Source of the DNA: Eledone cirrhosa
Lineage: Eukaryota
NCBI GenBank assembly: GCA_964016885.1
Contig: OZ024742.1
Span: forward strand, 230,082,001-230,146,000
Direction of reading: 5' to 3'
DNA length: 64,000 nt
Positions 12,890 through 26,174 of this stretch are shown piece by piece (the first letter of the stretch is position 1; each line of letters starts with the position of its first letter). The notes under the pieces were generated by a model, which was not told where the DNA came from, did not search any database, and saw nothing but the letters and a program-made list of their open reading frames with translations. The translations under genes were made by a program, and so were the position numbers.

Positions 12890-13737
12890 AACATTCTAAT
12901 ATAGAGAAATTTCTTTATCCAGCTTTCCTGGTAAATTGTCTGCAATGAGATGTAAAGATATTGCCAATTCCAAGTTAGGTGTAGACCAGTGCTCTTTTCG
13001 CCCCAAATGTAGAATAACCGACCAAATATTCACTCTGCGAAGGCCTTCGATAAATGATGGTAGTGTATGCATACGAACAAGTTACACGAAAAGTGATCTG
13101 GAAAGTTCTGCGTGTGTATGGGATAGATGGATAGCTTCTTGTTGACTTGAAGTCCCTATACAAATGCCCTAGTATTTGTGTTTAAATAAGTTGAAACCAT
13201 TCAATGTGGGTGTATTTTCTCATTATCGCTTCATAGACTTCATGAACAGGACTGGCATGTGCAGCCGGCCAGGAAATGATATCAAACCTGAGAAAATACT
13301 GAAGCAGTTGGAGAAGTTCAGGGTTTTCGGAGACGTAAGTGAAAAAACCAAACTCACTATCTTCAACTCAATGTTCGTGCCTACCCATATATATGGACAT
13401 GAATCTTGGGTTATAACAAAAAAAACCCAACACATCATGAATGTTTACGGCTGTAATTGGGTTCCTCCCTCGTTAGGTTGCGTAGCGCAGTGATCAGCGA
13501 GTTGATGAAGGTGGAATCGATACTTTACCGTATCGAGAGATCACCTTTCCGGGGTCATATGGCTGGAGAGGCAAAGGAAAGAATTGTTGAACAGATTTTA
13601 CAGAGAAATCCAACCGGTAGCGGGATCAGTAGTAGACTAAGATCAAGCTCGGTTGATCTCACTCGGAAATCCATAGGACGTTTAAGAAAGTATGTCTGAG
13701 GTCTGTTCCCCCCTAACCCACCCACGAATAAGTTAGC
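12890..13737 (+). pseudogene. Decayed RTE-clade LINE (RT and 3' region, deleted)
   Basis: DQCSFRP..TDQIFTLR, TKLTIFNSMFVPTHIYGHESWV and GHM motifs, ending in a (GAA)n/(CAA)n tail. Confidence 0.7.
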
Positions 13738-13762
13738 GAAGAAGAAGAAGAAGAAGAAGAAG

Positions 13763-13804
<42 letters not shown>

Positions 13805-13912
13805 AACAACAACAACTATAACAACAGCAACAATGACAACAACAGTAAGAATAACAACAACAGCAACAACAAAACAGGAGCAGCAACAACAACAAACAAA
13901 CACAACAACATC
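13738..13912. repeat. (GAA)n-(CAA)n microsatellite
   Basis: Direct reading. Confidence 0.95.
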
Positions 13913-15076
13913 AAACTGTATGATCCAGGAATCAAACCCACGACGTTATGATCCCGAGTCCACCCCTACAAACGCTAGCTTGCTTGTTTATGATAAAGAA
14001 TGTGAATATTGGTGGGCATAGAGTAATTACTCACTGTGAAGAGTACACTGGAGTTTATCTCGTAAATTATCAACACTAAATGAATTGTCACATCTTTGAG
14101 ACAGCTAAAGCGTCCTCCTGTCCCTTTGTTTGACAAGTTATCTACAGCTGGGTGGCTTTTCTATCACAAACCACCCTGAAGTGTATAGTAGGTGCGTTTA
14201 TCATGCAGTTCAGCGTTTATCATGCGTTTATCAGCGTTTATCATGCGTTTATCATGCAGTTATCAATTGTCAAGCACAATTAGAGTCATCGCCAATCGTT
14301 GCCGGCATGGTTCATACACCTGGATTAGTTCCCTGCCACCAACTATTTTAGAGGGTGTATTGGGTGGAACTTCCGTGGCGAGGGGGGGGGGGGGTAGGAT
14401 GGGCTGAAGGTAGGTGGGGTGATAAGTATGATGTGTGTGATGGAATTTGACGTAGTATTAAATTAGAGGAGAGAGGCATTATCATTGAAGTGACTTTTTA
14501 TTCGGATAGAAAACAACTATTTATTAGGTATACTTGCATTGAATGCTCATTCAGTCATTGCACTAAGATATCGTTGTGCATAATAGGGGTTCATATGAAA
14601 ATAGCTGCGGTATATTTATGTGCAATAAACCCACGAGAGTCTCATCATGAAAGAAAAAATATTTTTGCGTAATGAAAACTTTTGTTTACTTTTGTTCAGT
14701 GATGATGTTAGATATCTCCAAGGCAATTAAGAACGTCTGAAAATGTAGTTCTCCAAACGTAAATTTCTATAACCATAGTTAAACACTATAAATAATAGTT
14801 TAGAGAATCGGGTAAATAATCCCCAGAGACGGAGAATGCTGAACAAAGGCTCCTATTCACTATTGTTTTTCTCTCGGGACATTTTAATTGTTTTTTCATC
14901 TATAATTCACAGTGCTCGACTATTATCACACTTATTTGCATTGTGACAACTACATTACAAATTAAAAATTTTCCAAATGCTTCTTAATTCTACTGGCTGT
15001 TTTCATACACATACATACACTCCCCCCATATATATATACCTCAGTAAGAAGCCAGTTCTGTATTAAATTTGTTATA

Positions 15077-15157
<81 letters not shown>

Positions 15158-15174
15158 CAAATTTAATACAGAAA

Positions 15175-15246
<72 letters not shown>

Positions 15247-16404
15247 AACATATATATATATATAACAAATTTAATACAGAAATGGCTTCTTACTGAGGTT
15301 ACGCCATATTCGACCCGGGACACACACACACACTCACATACGTATATATATCTAATGTGTGTATGTGTGTATGAGAGTGTGTGTATGTGAGAGAGCGAGA
15401 TAGAGAATGAATGAAAGGGAGTGAGTGTGTGGGTATCTAAGTTTGTATGCATTAGAGAGATGGATATTTAGAAAGAGATAGAGGGGAGAGAGAGAGACCG
15501 AATTAGTTTTGGGGAAATGAGAAAAAGGAAATATTTTTATAACATACAGATCATGCCTGCAGGAAATAAAATAATTTGAATGAAATTATCATTCACTTAG
15601 ATCATGGATGTATGCGAATTGCTATGTGATTTCCACCAGATGTTACAAGACATAAATATATCTGGTGTGCAAAATAAATACAGCACTATATAAAACCAAA
15701 ATAACAACCATCACTTTCATTAAAAACATAAAAGTACATTTCATAACCTTAACTGTGTTTCATCATTATTCTTGACAATTATGCAACTTGAAAACAATAC
15801 ATCACTTCCATGTAAACTTCCATTAGCCCTTGTTTTATTTGAAAACAATTTATTGCTATGCGTGTGTGTGTATGTGTGCCTGTATGTGTGCGTACATGTG
15901 TTTATGTCTGTGCCAGTTTGTGATTATGTGTGTGTGTGCGCGCGTAATCGTGCGCGTGGATATGTGTACGCGAGAGTGCGTTTGTATGTGGGTGGATATA
16001 GCAGACAGATGGGCTGTGCCAAGATCAAGTGTCTAATATAGGCCGCCTCTCACATCGGGCCCCCTCCCTATAACACCACATAGTACAAACCGCGTGGACG
16101 GTTGGATGAATGTATTGACATTGTAAAGAACGATTGTCGCATTATCATCGCCCTTGTTCGCCTACAGTAAGAGACGGCTACACTATTTCTCAAACGCAAT
16201 ATCTCAGCAGATATCTCAAACGCATGGATACAAAGGGGCCATTATGTCCTGGGGAAGAGGCACAATTGATCAAACTTAAGATAAGGGGAGCGTGATTTCT
16301 ACCAGTCATAATGCTAATCTGCAATACAGCAATTAAGCTGCCACATTTTTATATTTATTCATTTAATTAATAACCCTATGATAATACTTTGGATATGCGA
16401 ATTA

Positions 16405-16870
16405 GTACGAAATCTCTGTCTCAGCCATGGTAAGTCCGTCTTTGCCTATCCTGAGCCATTCGTGGCCCAGATTTCTCAATTTTCTCGAAATCATCTCGTC
16501 ACCTGGTCTTTTTACGACCTCAGTTTCTTGGACCGAGATGATGACTCGGGTGGTCAATCTGTTGTCAGTCATTCTGTCAATGTGTCCCGTCGCCTACCAT
16601 TGCGCTTTGCTAGTGATTGTTAGGATGTCGCAATCTTTTGTTCTTTCTCAGATCCATACGGCAGTTTTTCGATCTCGCCATGAGATGTTTAACATCATCC
16701 TTTCGTGGTTCTTTGCCTTATCGTAGTGCTTGTTTTTTTGTTAGTTTCCATATTTTGTATCGTATGTCGTTGCGCTTTCAAAGGCCTCCACCTCACCACT
16801 GTAGTGCGGCACTTGATTTCTTGTTCTTTTGACGCCAAATCGATTGAAATGCGCTGACCAATGATATTAA
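16405..16870 (-). pseudogene. RTE-clade LINE 3' fragment
   Basis: The reverse strand translates, with stops, RMMLNISWRDRKTAVWI*ERTK..W..GHIDRMTDNRLT, typical of the RTE C-terminus. Confidence 0.7.
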
Positions 16871-17862
16871 ATTTATATTTTGTGATGAAGTCTAATAACA
16901 TCGAAACATATTATTAACCACAGTGTTCTTGTTTTTATACAGTAGGTGTTGCTGGGGTACTTCCCGAAGGACTTAACATACATTCTTGAAATTAGAGCCT
17001 GTTAAATGTAGCTGGTAAGCAGTATCGCGTGAGGATTACGAAGTGCATTATTGGGGCTTCAAGTTTAACCTCTTTCTTTAAAAGAGAAATTAACCTTTAA
17101 AATTGGCGGTTCATGCAGCAGTCATCACTGGGTATTTTTTACTGGAAGTCACTAGTGGCTGAAGAGAACAAAAATTATCCCATACCGACTATGAAGATTA
17201 TCATGTGGCCTGCAACGCCATATTCCTCCTTCAGCTGTAAAAAATAGACTTCGAATATTTGTTGTTTCTTGTATCTGAGAATTTCCACCAATATAATATA
17301 TTCACTACATTATGTCTTGTTGAAAATAACTGGTGTTTGGAGAGAGCAAAACAACTTCGTTTTAGATCGATATTAAATAAGAGACAATACATATATATAA
17401 GTAAATGACAGCACTTATAACATTTTCAGTTAGAAGTGGACAGTGATAGCCATGGCTGAATTGTTAGCTGATGAGAGAAGAATGGCCGTTTGCAGACAAT
17501 TGCTTAGTTGATTAGTCAATAGAATATAACGGAACTTCATATAGAGAAGAAGTGATTACCAATAATTGAATAATTAGTGGACGAAGGTAAAGTATTAGTC
17601 TGAGTGGTTTTAGTCAATTTGTTATACACGAGATGTTATATTTAAGAATATAGAGTTAGGTTCCTTGTTATTGAATACACTATGAATGAATAATATATAT
17701 ACATAAATGCATACATACACACACAGAGGCATCCACCACATACACATACACACACACATATATATATATACACATATATATATATATACACATATATATA
17801 TAAATATATATATATATATATTAGTTTTGCGAGGTTTTTGATATGAAATCGTGTGTCGAAAC

Positions 17863-18262
17863 AAATATTGTTATACTTGGGGAGGGTCATATTTGTGTAA
17901 TAATATTGCCATAATTAATAACAGAACACACTCACAAACAAACAAACAAATAAATAAATAAACAGACTAAATAAAGATGGCGTAGGCATACAATACAACG
18001 GGAGGAAACATAAGAGCACCACTGACGATGTTGCAGATGTGCAACGAAAGAACTTTGTTAGACTATATATATGTGTTTGTGTCTATATTGTATCAGTATT
18101 TTTGACCGTTGGTCAGTCAATGGTAACATTGAGGACCGAATAAATTAAATTAACCGATATAAAAGACACAGAAGCGAAAACCAACCAAACAGTGAGTGTG
18201 TTCTGTTATTAATTCTGGCAATATTATTACACAAATATGACCCTCCCCAAGTATAACAATAT
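17863..18262 (+). mobile_element. Short non-coding PLE derivative: pLTR with ~70 bp inverted terminal copy
   Basis: 17866-17935 is an inverted copy of 18192-18262. Shares AAGATGGCGTAGG, the HHR layout and the TGACCCTCCC.AAGTATAACAATA end with 48740-49000. Confidence 0.7.
18018..18059 (+). ncRNA. Degenerate minimal hammerhead ribozyme
   Basis: ACCA-CTGACGA-T-GTTGCA gatg TGCAAC-GAAA-GAAC-TT-TGTT; one stem I mismatch. Confidence 0.55.
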
Positions 18263-18321
18263 ATATATATATATATATACGATATATTAACAAATGGAAA
18301 CTATATTTATAAAACCATATT

Positions 18322-18386
18322 TATTTCATTATACATATTTCAAGGACACCAAGTTAAATTATGGTGTGCTTTCATCAGATAAAATA
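18322..18386 (-). ncRNA. Type I minimal hammerhead ribozyme
   Basis: Reverse complement of 21588-21652. Confidence 0.8.
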
Positions 18387-19505
18387 TAATATAGAGCAGT
18401 TTTATAAATAAATATTGACATACCCTTACAGAATGCGACCATTTCTGTTGGAAGCTCCCGGATAGTGGGGTTATAAATTGATTTATACTATTATGTAAAT
18501 TAGTTTCGGATATTTTTTAATCCGAGTAGATTTAAATAAGCCGTTGGGTTATGGAGAAAGAGCGAGAGAGAAACAAAAGAGAGATAGAAAAAAAGAGAAA
18601 AAAGAGCAAACTCTAAGAGGAGAATAAGAAAAATAAGAAAAGGAGAGAGAGAGGAAAAAAAAGACAAGAGAAAAGAGGAAGCGAAAGCTCTAAGTGATAG
18701 GTTGTTGTATTAGCTTAACTTTTGAGATGAAGTGAAAGAATAAATATTTAATGGATGAATAGAGAAGTTTAAATAAGCGTGAAAGGAAAATACATAAATA
18801 ATAGGAGAATTTAGCCATTGTTTACATATGATTAAATGTTTAGTTTATCAATTAGATTATTGAGATCTATACATTAAAAAATTGAGATCTATATATTATT
18901 AAGAAATCTATATATTATTAAGACTATATATTATTAAAAAATCTATATATGATTAAAAGAATATATTCATATATATACATACGCACATACAGATATATAT
19001 ATACATATAAATATATATACATATACCTACATATACATACATATACATACAAACAATAAAGGATTTTTTAAAATTTAAGATATAGGAATTTTCACACACT
19101 CATAGATTTTTCGGAGAAAATCCTAGAAAAAACAGAGAAAATCATTTCTATGTAATATCTAAACAGCGTGAAGGAAATTAAGTTATTTACTTATATTAAA
19201 TGTTACAAATGTTAAGATAGTAAAGGAAATTTTAGGTTTTACAAATCTTATGTTATTATATAAATTTATTTTAATATAAGTTTTATATCTAATAAATCCA
19301 CCTGTTATGTAGTTGTGACTGTTATTATATAAGTTTGTTTATCCCTATAAACGAGTGCATTCGAATTGTATGCATATATATATATACACAATCCCACATA
19401 GATACACATAGACGTACTTACACATACAGGTAGATATGCATCACACATATATATATATATATATATATACATACACACACACATATATATATATATATAT
19501 ACACG

Positions 19506-19554
<49 letters not shown>

Positions 19555-19804
19555 GCTGTTTAGATATTACATAGAAATGATTTTCTCTGTTTTTTCTAGG
19601 ATTTTCTCCGAAAAATCTATTAGTTTATGAAAATTCCTATATCTTAAATTAAAAAAATCCTTTATTGTTTGTATGTATATGTATCTATATGTAGGTATAT
19701 GTATATATATTTATATGTATATAGATCTGTGTGTGCGTATGTATATATATGAATATATTCTTTTAATAATATATAGATTTTTTAATAATATATAGATTTC
19801 TTAA

Positions 19805-21058
19805 TCTATATATATAAAACTGAGGTTGTCTGTCTGTCTACTAAAACCTTCGGCACACATCTCCTCTTAAACCGTACGTTCAAATTTCGGTGAAATTGCT
19901 ACACTTATAGATGAAGGTCCGGCGGAACCATCGGTCAAATAAATTTTGAAATAAGTTCTTGTTTTTTATTGTCATCTATATATATAAAACTGAGGTTGTC
20001 TGTCTGTCTACTAAAACCTTCGGCACACATCTCCTCTTAAACCGTACGTTCAAATTTCGGTGAAATTGCTACACTTATAGATGAAGGTCCGGCGGAACCA
20101 TCGGTCAAATAAATTTTCAAATAAGTTCTTGTTTTTGATTATGTCATCTATATATATAAAGCTGTGGTTGTCTGTCTGTCTATCGATTTTTGGCACACAT
20201 CTCCTCTTAGAATCTCTGACGGAATTGCACCGAAATTGCTATACTTGTACATTGAGCCCTAGCGAAGACATCGGAAAAAAAATATTTCAAATTGACCCAC
20301 CCTATGTGACGAAATCGAATCTAATGTATCGATTTTTGAGCGTAAGTGACGAGTTATTTCCCTTTGTTCTATATATATAAAGCTGTGGTTGTCTGTCTGT
20401 CTATCGATTTTTGGCACACATCTCCTCTTAGAATCTCTGACGGAATTGCACCGAAATTGCTATACTTGTACATTGAGCCCTAGCGAAGACATCGGAAAAA
20501 AAATATTTCAAATTGACCCACCCTATGTGACGAAATCAAATCTAATGTATCGATTTTTGAGCGTAAGTGACGAGTTATTTCCCTTTGTTCTGTTTACATT
20601 GAGCGTCTTACGTTCTGTTTACATTTTCTGCGTGCAAAAATAAAAAAATTATGCTGGCTTTCTCAGCGTTTAAAATGACATTAACACAATACACGAACAG
20701 TTGTCGAGCCAGCAAAATTTTGACCTGCAAAATTCATCAGTTCGAACACTAAGCTTCCGTTTTGCTTCATTTCCATTTAAAAGCCTTTTAAAACAATATT
20801 TTTACTTGAAAACAAGTCTATTTAAAGACTACGTAAAACAAGCAAATATTTCGTAAATAAAAGCAAAAATTATATAAGTTTATTTAAAATATATGTATCT
20901 GTAAATTTCGTTAGGCGTGCAGACAGACAGTCGTGCAGACAGACAGTCGTGCAGACAGACAGTCGTGCAGACAGACTTTAAGCCAAAAAAGAAACTTAAC
21001 ATTGTAACTTTAACATAGCTACTGAGCGACCCCGAGCAACGCTGGGCTTTACTGCTAG
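19805..21058 (+). mobile_element. Non-autonomous Helitron with four stacked 5' ends
   Basis: A|TC start; CCCGAGCAACGCTGGG hairpin followed by CTAG|T end; no TSD. Internal TCTATATATATAAA restarts at 19975, 20147 and 20368. A (GTGCAGACAGACAGTC)n array lies at about 20917-20976. Confidence 0.85.
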
Positions 21059-21587
21059 TAATAAATAAATGTCAATTTCTTAATATATAGATCTCAATAA
21101 TCTAATTGATAAACTAAACATTTAATCATATGTAAACAATGGTTAAATTCTCCTATTATTTATGTATTTTCCATTCACGCTTATTTAAACTTCTCTATTC
21201 ATCCATTAAATATTTATTCTTTCACTTCATCTCAAAAGTTAAGCTAATACAACGACCTATCACTTAGAGCTTTCGCTCTCTCTTTTCCCTTGTCTTTTTT
21301 TCTTTCTTCTTTTTCCTCTCTTTCTCCTTATCTTATTTTTCTTATTCTCGTCTTAGAGTTTGCTCTTTTTTCTATCTCTCTTTTGTTTCTATCTCGCTCT
21401 TTCTCCATAACCCAACGGCTTATTTAAATCTACTCGGATTTTAAAATATCCGAAACTAATTTACATAATAGTATAAATAAATTTATAACCCCACTATCCA
21501 CTATTTATAACCCCACTAGCTTCCAACAGAAATGGTCGCATTCTGTAAGGGTATGCAATATTTTATTTATAAAACTGGTCTATATTA

Positions 21588-21652
21588 TATTTTATCTGAT
21601 GAAAGCACACCATAATTTAACTTGGTGTCCTTGAAATATGTATAATGAAATA
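21588..21652 (+). ncRNA. Type I minimal hammerhead ribozyme
   Basis: TATTTTAT-CTGATGA-AAGCACACCA taatttaact TGGTGTCCTT-GAAA-TATGTA-TA-ATGAAATA. Confidence 0.8.
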
Positions 21653-21781
21653 AATATGATTTTATAAATATCGTTTCCATTTGTTAATATATCGTATTTT
21701 TACTCCAATAATTTGTTGAGTGCTTTATATCAGTTATAAAAATATTTGCTTGTTATATCCCAACAATTTAAATATAACTTC

Positions 21782-21862
<81 letters not shown>

Positions 21863-21953
21863 CGAAGGAAATGTGGTAAGGAACCAGGTGGACCATAACG
21901 CACCAAAGTACTCAATACTTAGGGTAGTAGAGTGGGTAATAGGTACCAGTATG

Positions 21954-22047
21954 ACCGCGACGGCTGAGCTCAAGCCGTTTCGACGGCTAATTCTGGCATA
22001 AACGAAAATTTATCCTGGTATTTAAATAGCCGAGCTTCTCAAGGGGT
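21954..22047 (-). ncRNA. Type I hammerhead ribozyme, U3:A8 core
   Basis: Inverted copy of 25900-25993 with one stem I mismatch (GCGGT). Confidence 0.7.
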
Positions 22048-22385
22048 AATTCCATATATGGTCAAAGTGATTGTCACAAGGATTGGTCACAATTTAGTAG
22101 TAATTCTGTGATGGCAAATTAGTGGGGGAAGGGGTAGCTAAACCTGCCAGTAGGAGAAAAAGGGGAGGGGGTGGGGTAGACCCATTCATGCGTTGGTACT
22201 GCCGGCCACAGCTGGGCGTGAAGTCAAAGAAGATACTAGGGAGGGGGAGGAAGTCGAAACGGTAAGTAGAACAATGGAGGGTAAAAATATATTTAAAAAA
22301 TACTGAGAGTGATAAGAAGCGAATAAATGTAAAGAAAAAAATAATAAGCAATTTCTACGAACTAAGTCTCTCGCTATTGCTAGGC

Positions 22386-22420
<35 letters not shown>

Positions 22421-23207
22421 ATGAATAAATAAATAAATAAAAATAATGATAAAGGAATAAACTAGGTGGGACGGAGTAAGAATGGACCCTTTTAAGAGGT
22501 ATAAGTACGTATATCATACGGTGACGGGTCAACAAGGTGGGGGGTGGGGGCAAAATACTATAGAAACTACCACGAAATCATTAATAAAGGTTTCTACCCC
22601 AGATACAAGGCCAGCAACCACCCAGTGCAGAAAAGTAAACTAGTACGAAATAATAATTTAGAGTCCCGAAAAAAATATACTAATGCTAACTCTAAGGGTA
22701 CTGCCACGCTACAAAAGTTCTTATACAAACTACATGAAAGTTCATACGAGGTAGAAGTGAAATACGGAAAATTAATTCAGAATCCCCCCCGCCCAAAAGA
22801 AAAGAGAAGAAAGAAATACTGAATAAACGAGAATTAAAGCAAGGATGCCACTAAGAAATATAGAAGGCACGGAAAAAAGGCAGCGGTTGGATAAGGGGGC
22901 AAGAATCCGAGGTCTAACACAACTGCTATAAAAAGCGGATGTCCGCCAAATCTATCATAGAATAGGGGAGGGGGGGGGGGGGGGGGGGGTACTGAGGCTA
23001 CAAGGGGCGAGGGGCTTCCTCGGGTGGGCTACAAAAAGACGCCGACAAAGAAAAAGAACTGGGGGTAGAAGGACTAGGGAGGGATGGGGGGAAGAAGGAA
23101 ATATAGAGGAAGCGATAAAAGAATATAAAAGAAGATCTTACGTCTCCCATGGCAAGCAGGGGTTACCCATTACAAAATCGGCAAGTGGGGGTGGTTAAAG
23201 CCCTAGT

Positions 23208-24740
23208 CTACCTCCCCGGGTCATTATGGGGTTTGAGGGCGAGGTAAGTCCTACGCAATCTGTGTTTACATGCAGTAACCAGTTCGTCTTTCTTGTTAGG
23301 GGTTGGTCCCGTCGAAAACAGCATTTGCAAAGTTTCCTCCGAGCATAAATTGCACGGACGGCGTCCTCCCGTGTAAGAGTTGGCTCTGGACAGTAATCTC
23401 CAAGTGAGATCATAGCTGATGTTGTTGTCCTTGAGGTCCCATATGTGGCCCGAAAGTGTAGTGGCGTGACGCCGGGCCGGGTTTCGGAAGGTATATCTGT
23501 GTTGGTATAGCCGAGTCTTGAAGTCACATGCGGTTAATCCTAAATAAGCTTTGTTGGAGGTGTCCGTCCTCACGTTGCACTGGTAGATCACATTACGGTC
23601 TCTGCATTTGTTGTCGAGGGGGCAAATGGATCTCTCAGGACAGTTGCACCTCGTGGTCGGCTCTCCACTGCTATTTAGGTTATTTCTTCCATCGGGGTTG
23701 AGTTTTTTGTTGTTGGAGAAACGATGTTTTGTGCGAAGTTTGGTGTAGTGCTGTAAGAGTGTTTGATGGTATTTTTGTAATTATGTTGTGGTAGCGGTGT
23801 TGTAGTGGGAAATGTTTTTTCAATGAGCCTAAAGAATATTTTCCCGATGCGAGTTGTCACCTCTGCGTTGTGGGGAGGATTGAACCATGTTACATTGCGT
23901 GAGGCGGCGGTGTCGCCTGCTGGTTCCGCTAATGGGAGCTGGACAGTAGGATATTTCCTCCCGAAAACCACTCCGCTTGAGGGCCTGGTTGTAATAAGGC
24001 GCATGTTCATCGAATATCTGCTCATTAGCTGACAAACGAGATATGCGGAGGGAGATGTTTTTGACCAGGTTGCTGGTGATGTTCCTAGGATCGTTTGATC
24101 GGCGGTGGATGTAGTGCAGATTGTTATCGAGGTCGAGGGTAACGTCCAGGAAGTTTACTCGGGTTAGGACGTTTGTAGGGTTATTTTAAATCCCAAGTCG
24201 CGGAAGAAGCTGATTAACTGTTTACGAACCCGATCTGTACTAATGGGGTTGTACACTTTAAGAGTAAGGAGCCCATCATCACGGTACAATCCACGACCGA
24301 ATGCAGGAAACATATCGGTGAGTTTGGCTATTAGGAATAATCCTATAAGATCTGTGACCTCCGCCGAATCCGTCGCGCCCATGCTGACGTCGAAGGGAGA
24401 GTCGGGAGCTCTTTTTATCCATTTGGAGTTGTCAAAGAGTAAGACTGACTTCCTGGCGTGGAGGATGATTTTTCTTTCCTGGTCGATGATGGGCACAAGT
24501 GCTTCGGCGAAGTCCAAGGCAGCAGTAAGTAGCGGTAAGGTGATTGAAGCATAGTACCTCTCTATGTCGAACTGGATGAATTTAGTGTCTCGTTTACTCT
24601 CCATATTGCTGAACAATGAGATTACTTCCTGGGTGTTCATCCATAGGCTAAGTCGGGCGTGTTGCTTGACTTTTGGTATCACGCGGTCTAGGATTTTTTT
24701 GCTGATTCTCCCTATGTCGGACTTCGTTGGGTTAATAACC
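23208..24740 (-). pseudogene. PLE RT-thumb-GIY-YIG, frameshifted and 5'-truncated
   Basis: FIQFDIERYYASI, FDVSMGATDSAEV, YRDDGL, VTWFNPP, YLGLTACDFKTRLYQH, CNLCSEE. Confidence 0.88.
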
Positions 24741-25899
24741 CTTTAACACCCCACTTGCCGATTTTGTAATGGGTAACCCCTGCTTGCCAAGGGAGACGTA
24801 AGATCTTCTTTTATATTCTTTTATCGCTTCCTCTATATTTCCTTCTTCCCCCCATCCCTCCCTAGTCCTTCTACCCCAGTTCTTTTTCTTTTTCTTTGTC
24901 GGCGTCTTTTTCTCGCCCACCCGAGGCAGCCCCTCGGCCCCTTGTAGTCTCAGTACCCCCACCCCCTCCCCTATTCTATGATAGATTTGGCGGACTCCGC
25001 TTTTTATAGCAGTTGTGTTAGACCTCGGATTCTTGCCCCCTTATCCGACCGCTGCTCCTTTTTTTCCGTGCGTTCTATATTTCTTAGTGGCATCCTTGCT
25101 TTAATTTCTCGTTTATTCAGTATTTCTTTCTTCTCTTTTCTTTTGGGCGGGGGGGGGGGAGGGGGATTCTGAATTAATTTTCCGTATTTCACTTCTACCT
25201 CGTATGAACTTTCATGTAGCTTGATAAGAACTTTTGTAGCGTGGCGGTACCCTTAGAGTTAGCATTAGTATATTTTTTTCGGGACTCTGAATTATTATTT
25301 CGTACTAGTTTACTTTTCTGCACTGGGTGGTTGCTGGCCTTGTACCTGGAGTAGAAACCTTTATTAATTATTTCGTGGTAGTTTCTTTAGTATTTTGCCC
25401 CCCCCCCCCCCTGTTGACCGTCACCGTATGATATAGGTACTTATACCTCTTAAAAGGGTCCATTCTTACTCCGTCCCACCTAGTTTATTCATTTATTATT
25501 TTTTATTTATTTATTTATTTATTTATTTATTCATTTATTTATTTATTTATTTATTTATTTAGCCTAGCAATAGCGAGAGACTTAGGTCGTAGAAATTGCT
25601 TATTATTTTTTTCTTTACATTTATTCGCTTCTTATCACTCTCAGTATTTTTTTAATATATTTTTACCCTACATTGTTCTACTTACCGTTTCGACTCCCCC
25701 CCCCTCCCTAGTATCTTCTTTGACCTCACGCCCAACTGTAGCCGGCACTACCAACGCATGAATGGGTCTACCCCACCCACTCCCCTTTTTCTCCTACTGG
25801 CAGGTTTAGCTACGCCTTCCCTCACTAATTTGCCATCACAGAATTACTACTAACTTGTGACCAATCCTTGTGACAATCACTTTGACCATATATGGAATT

Positions 25900-25993
25900 A
25901 CCCCTTGAGAAGCTCGGCTATTTAAATACCAGGATAAATTTTCATTTAGTCCAGAATCAGCCGTCGAAACGGCTTGAGCTCAGCCGTCGGGGT
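25900..25993 (+). ncRNA. Type I hammerhead ribozyme, U3:A8 core, long stem II, true stem III
   Basis: ACCCC-TTGAGAA-GCTCGGCT...AGCCGTC-GAAA-CGGCT tgagctc AGCCG-TC-GGGGT. Confidence 0.78.
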
Positions 25994-26003
25994 CTTACTG
26001 GTT

Positions 26004-26088
<85 letters not shown>

Positions 26089-26089
26089 G

Positions 26090-26174
<85 letters not shown>

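Larger units (their letters stand above)
18278..21696. mobile_element. ~0.9 kb inverted pLTR pair with no ORF; right arm split by a Helitron
   Basis: 18278-19170 is the reverse complement of 19550-19804 plus 21059-21696. One HHR per arm. Confidence 0.8.
21861..26005 (-). mobile_element. Penelope-like element (Naiad-type) with ~1.25 kb inverted pLTRs, in (TA)n
   Basis: About 21945-23200 and 24742-26005 are inverted copies bracketing RT/GIY-YIG coding remnants. Confidence 0.9.
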
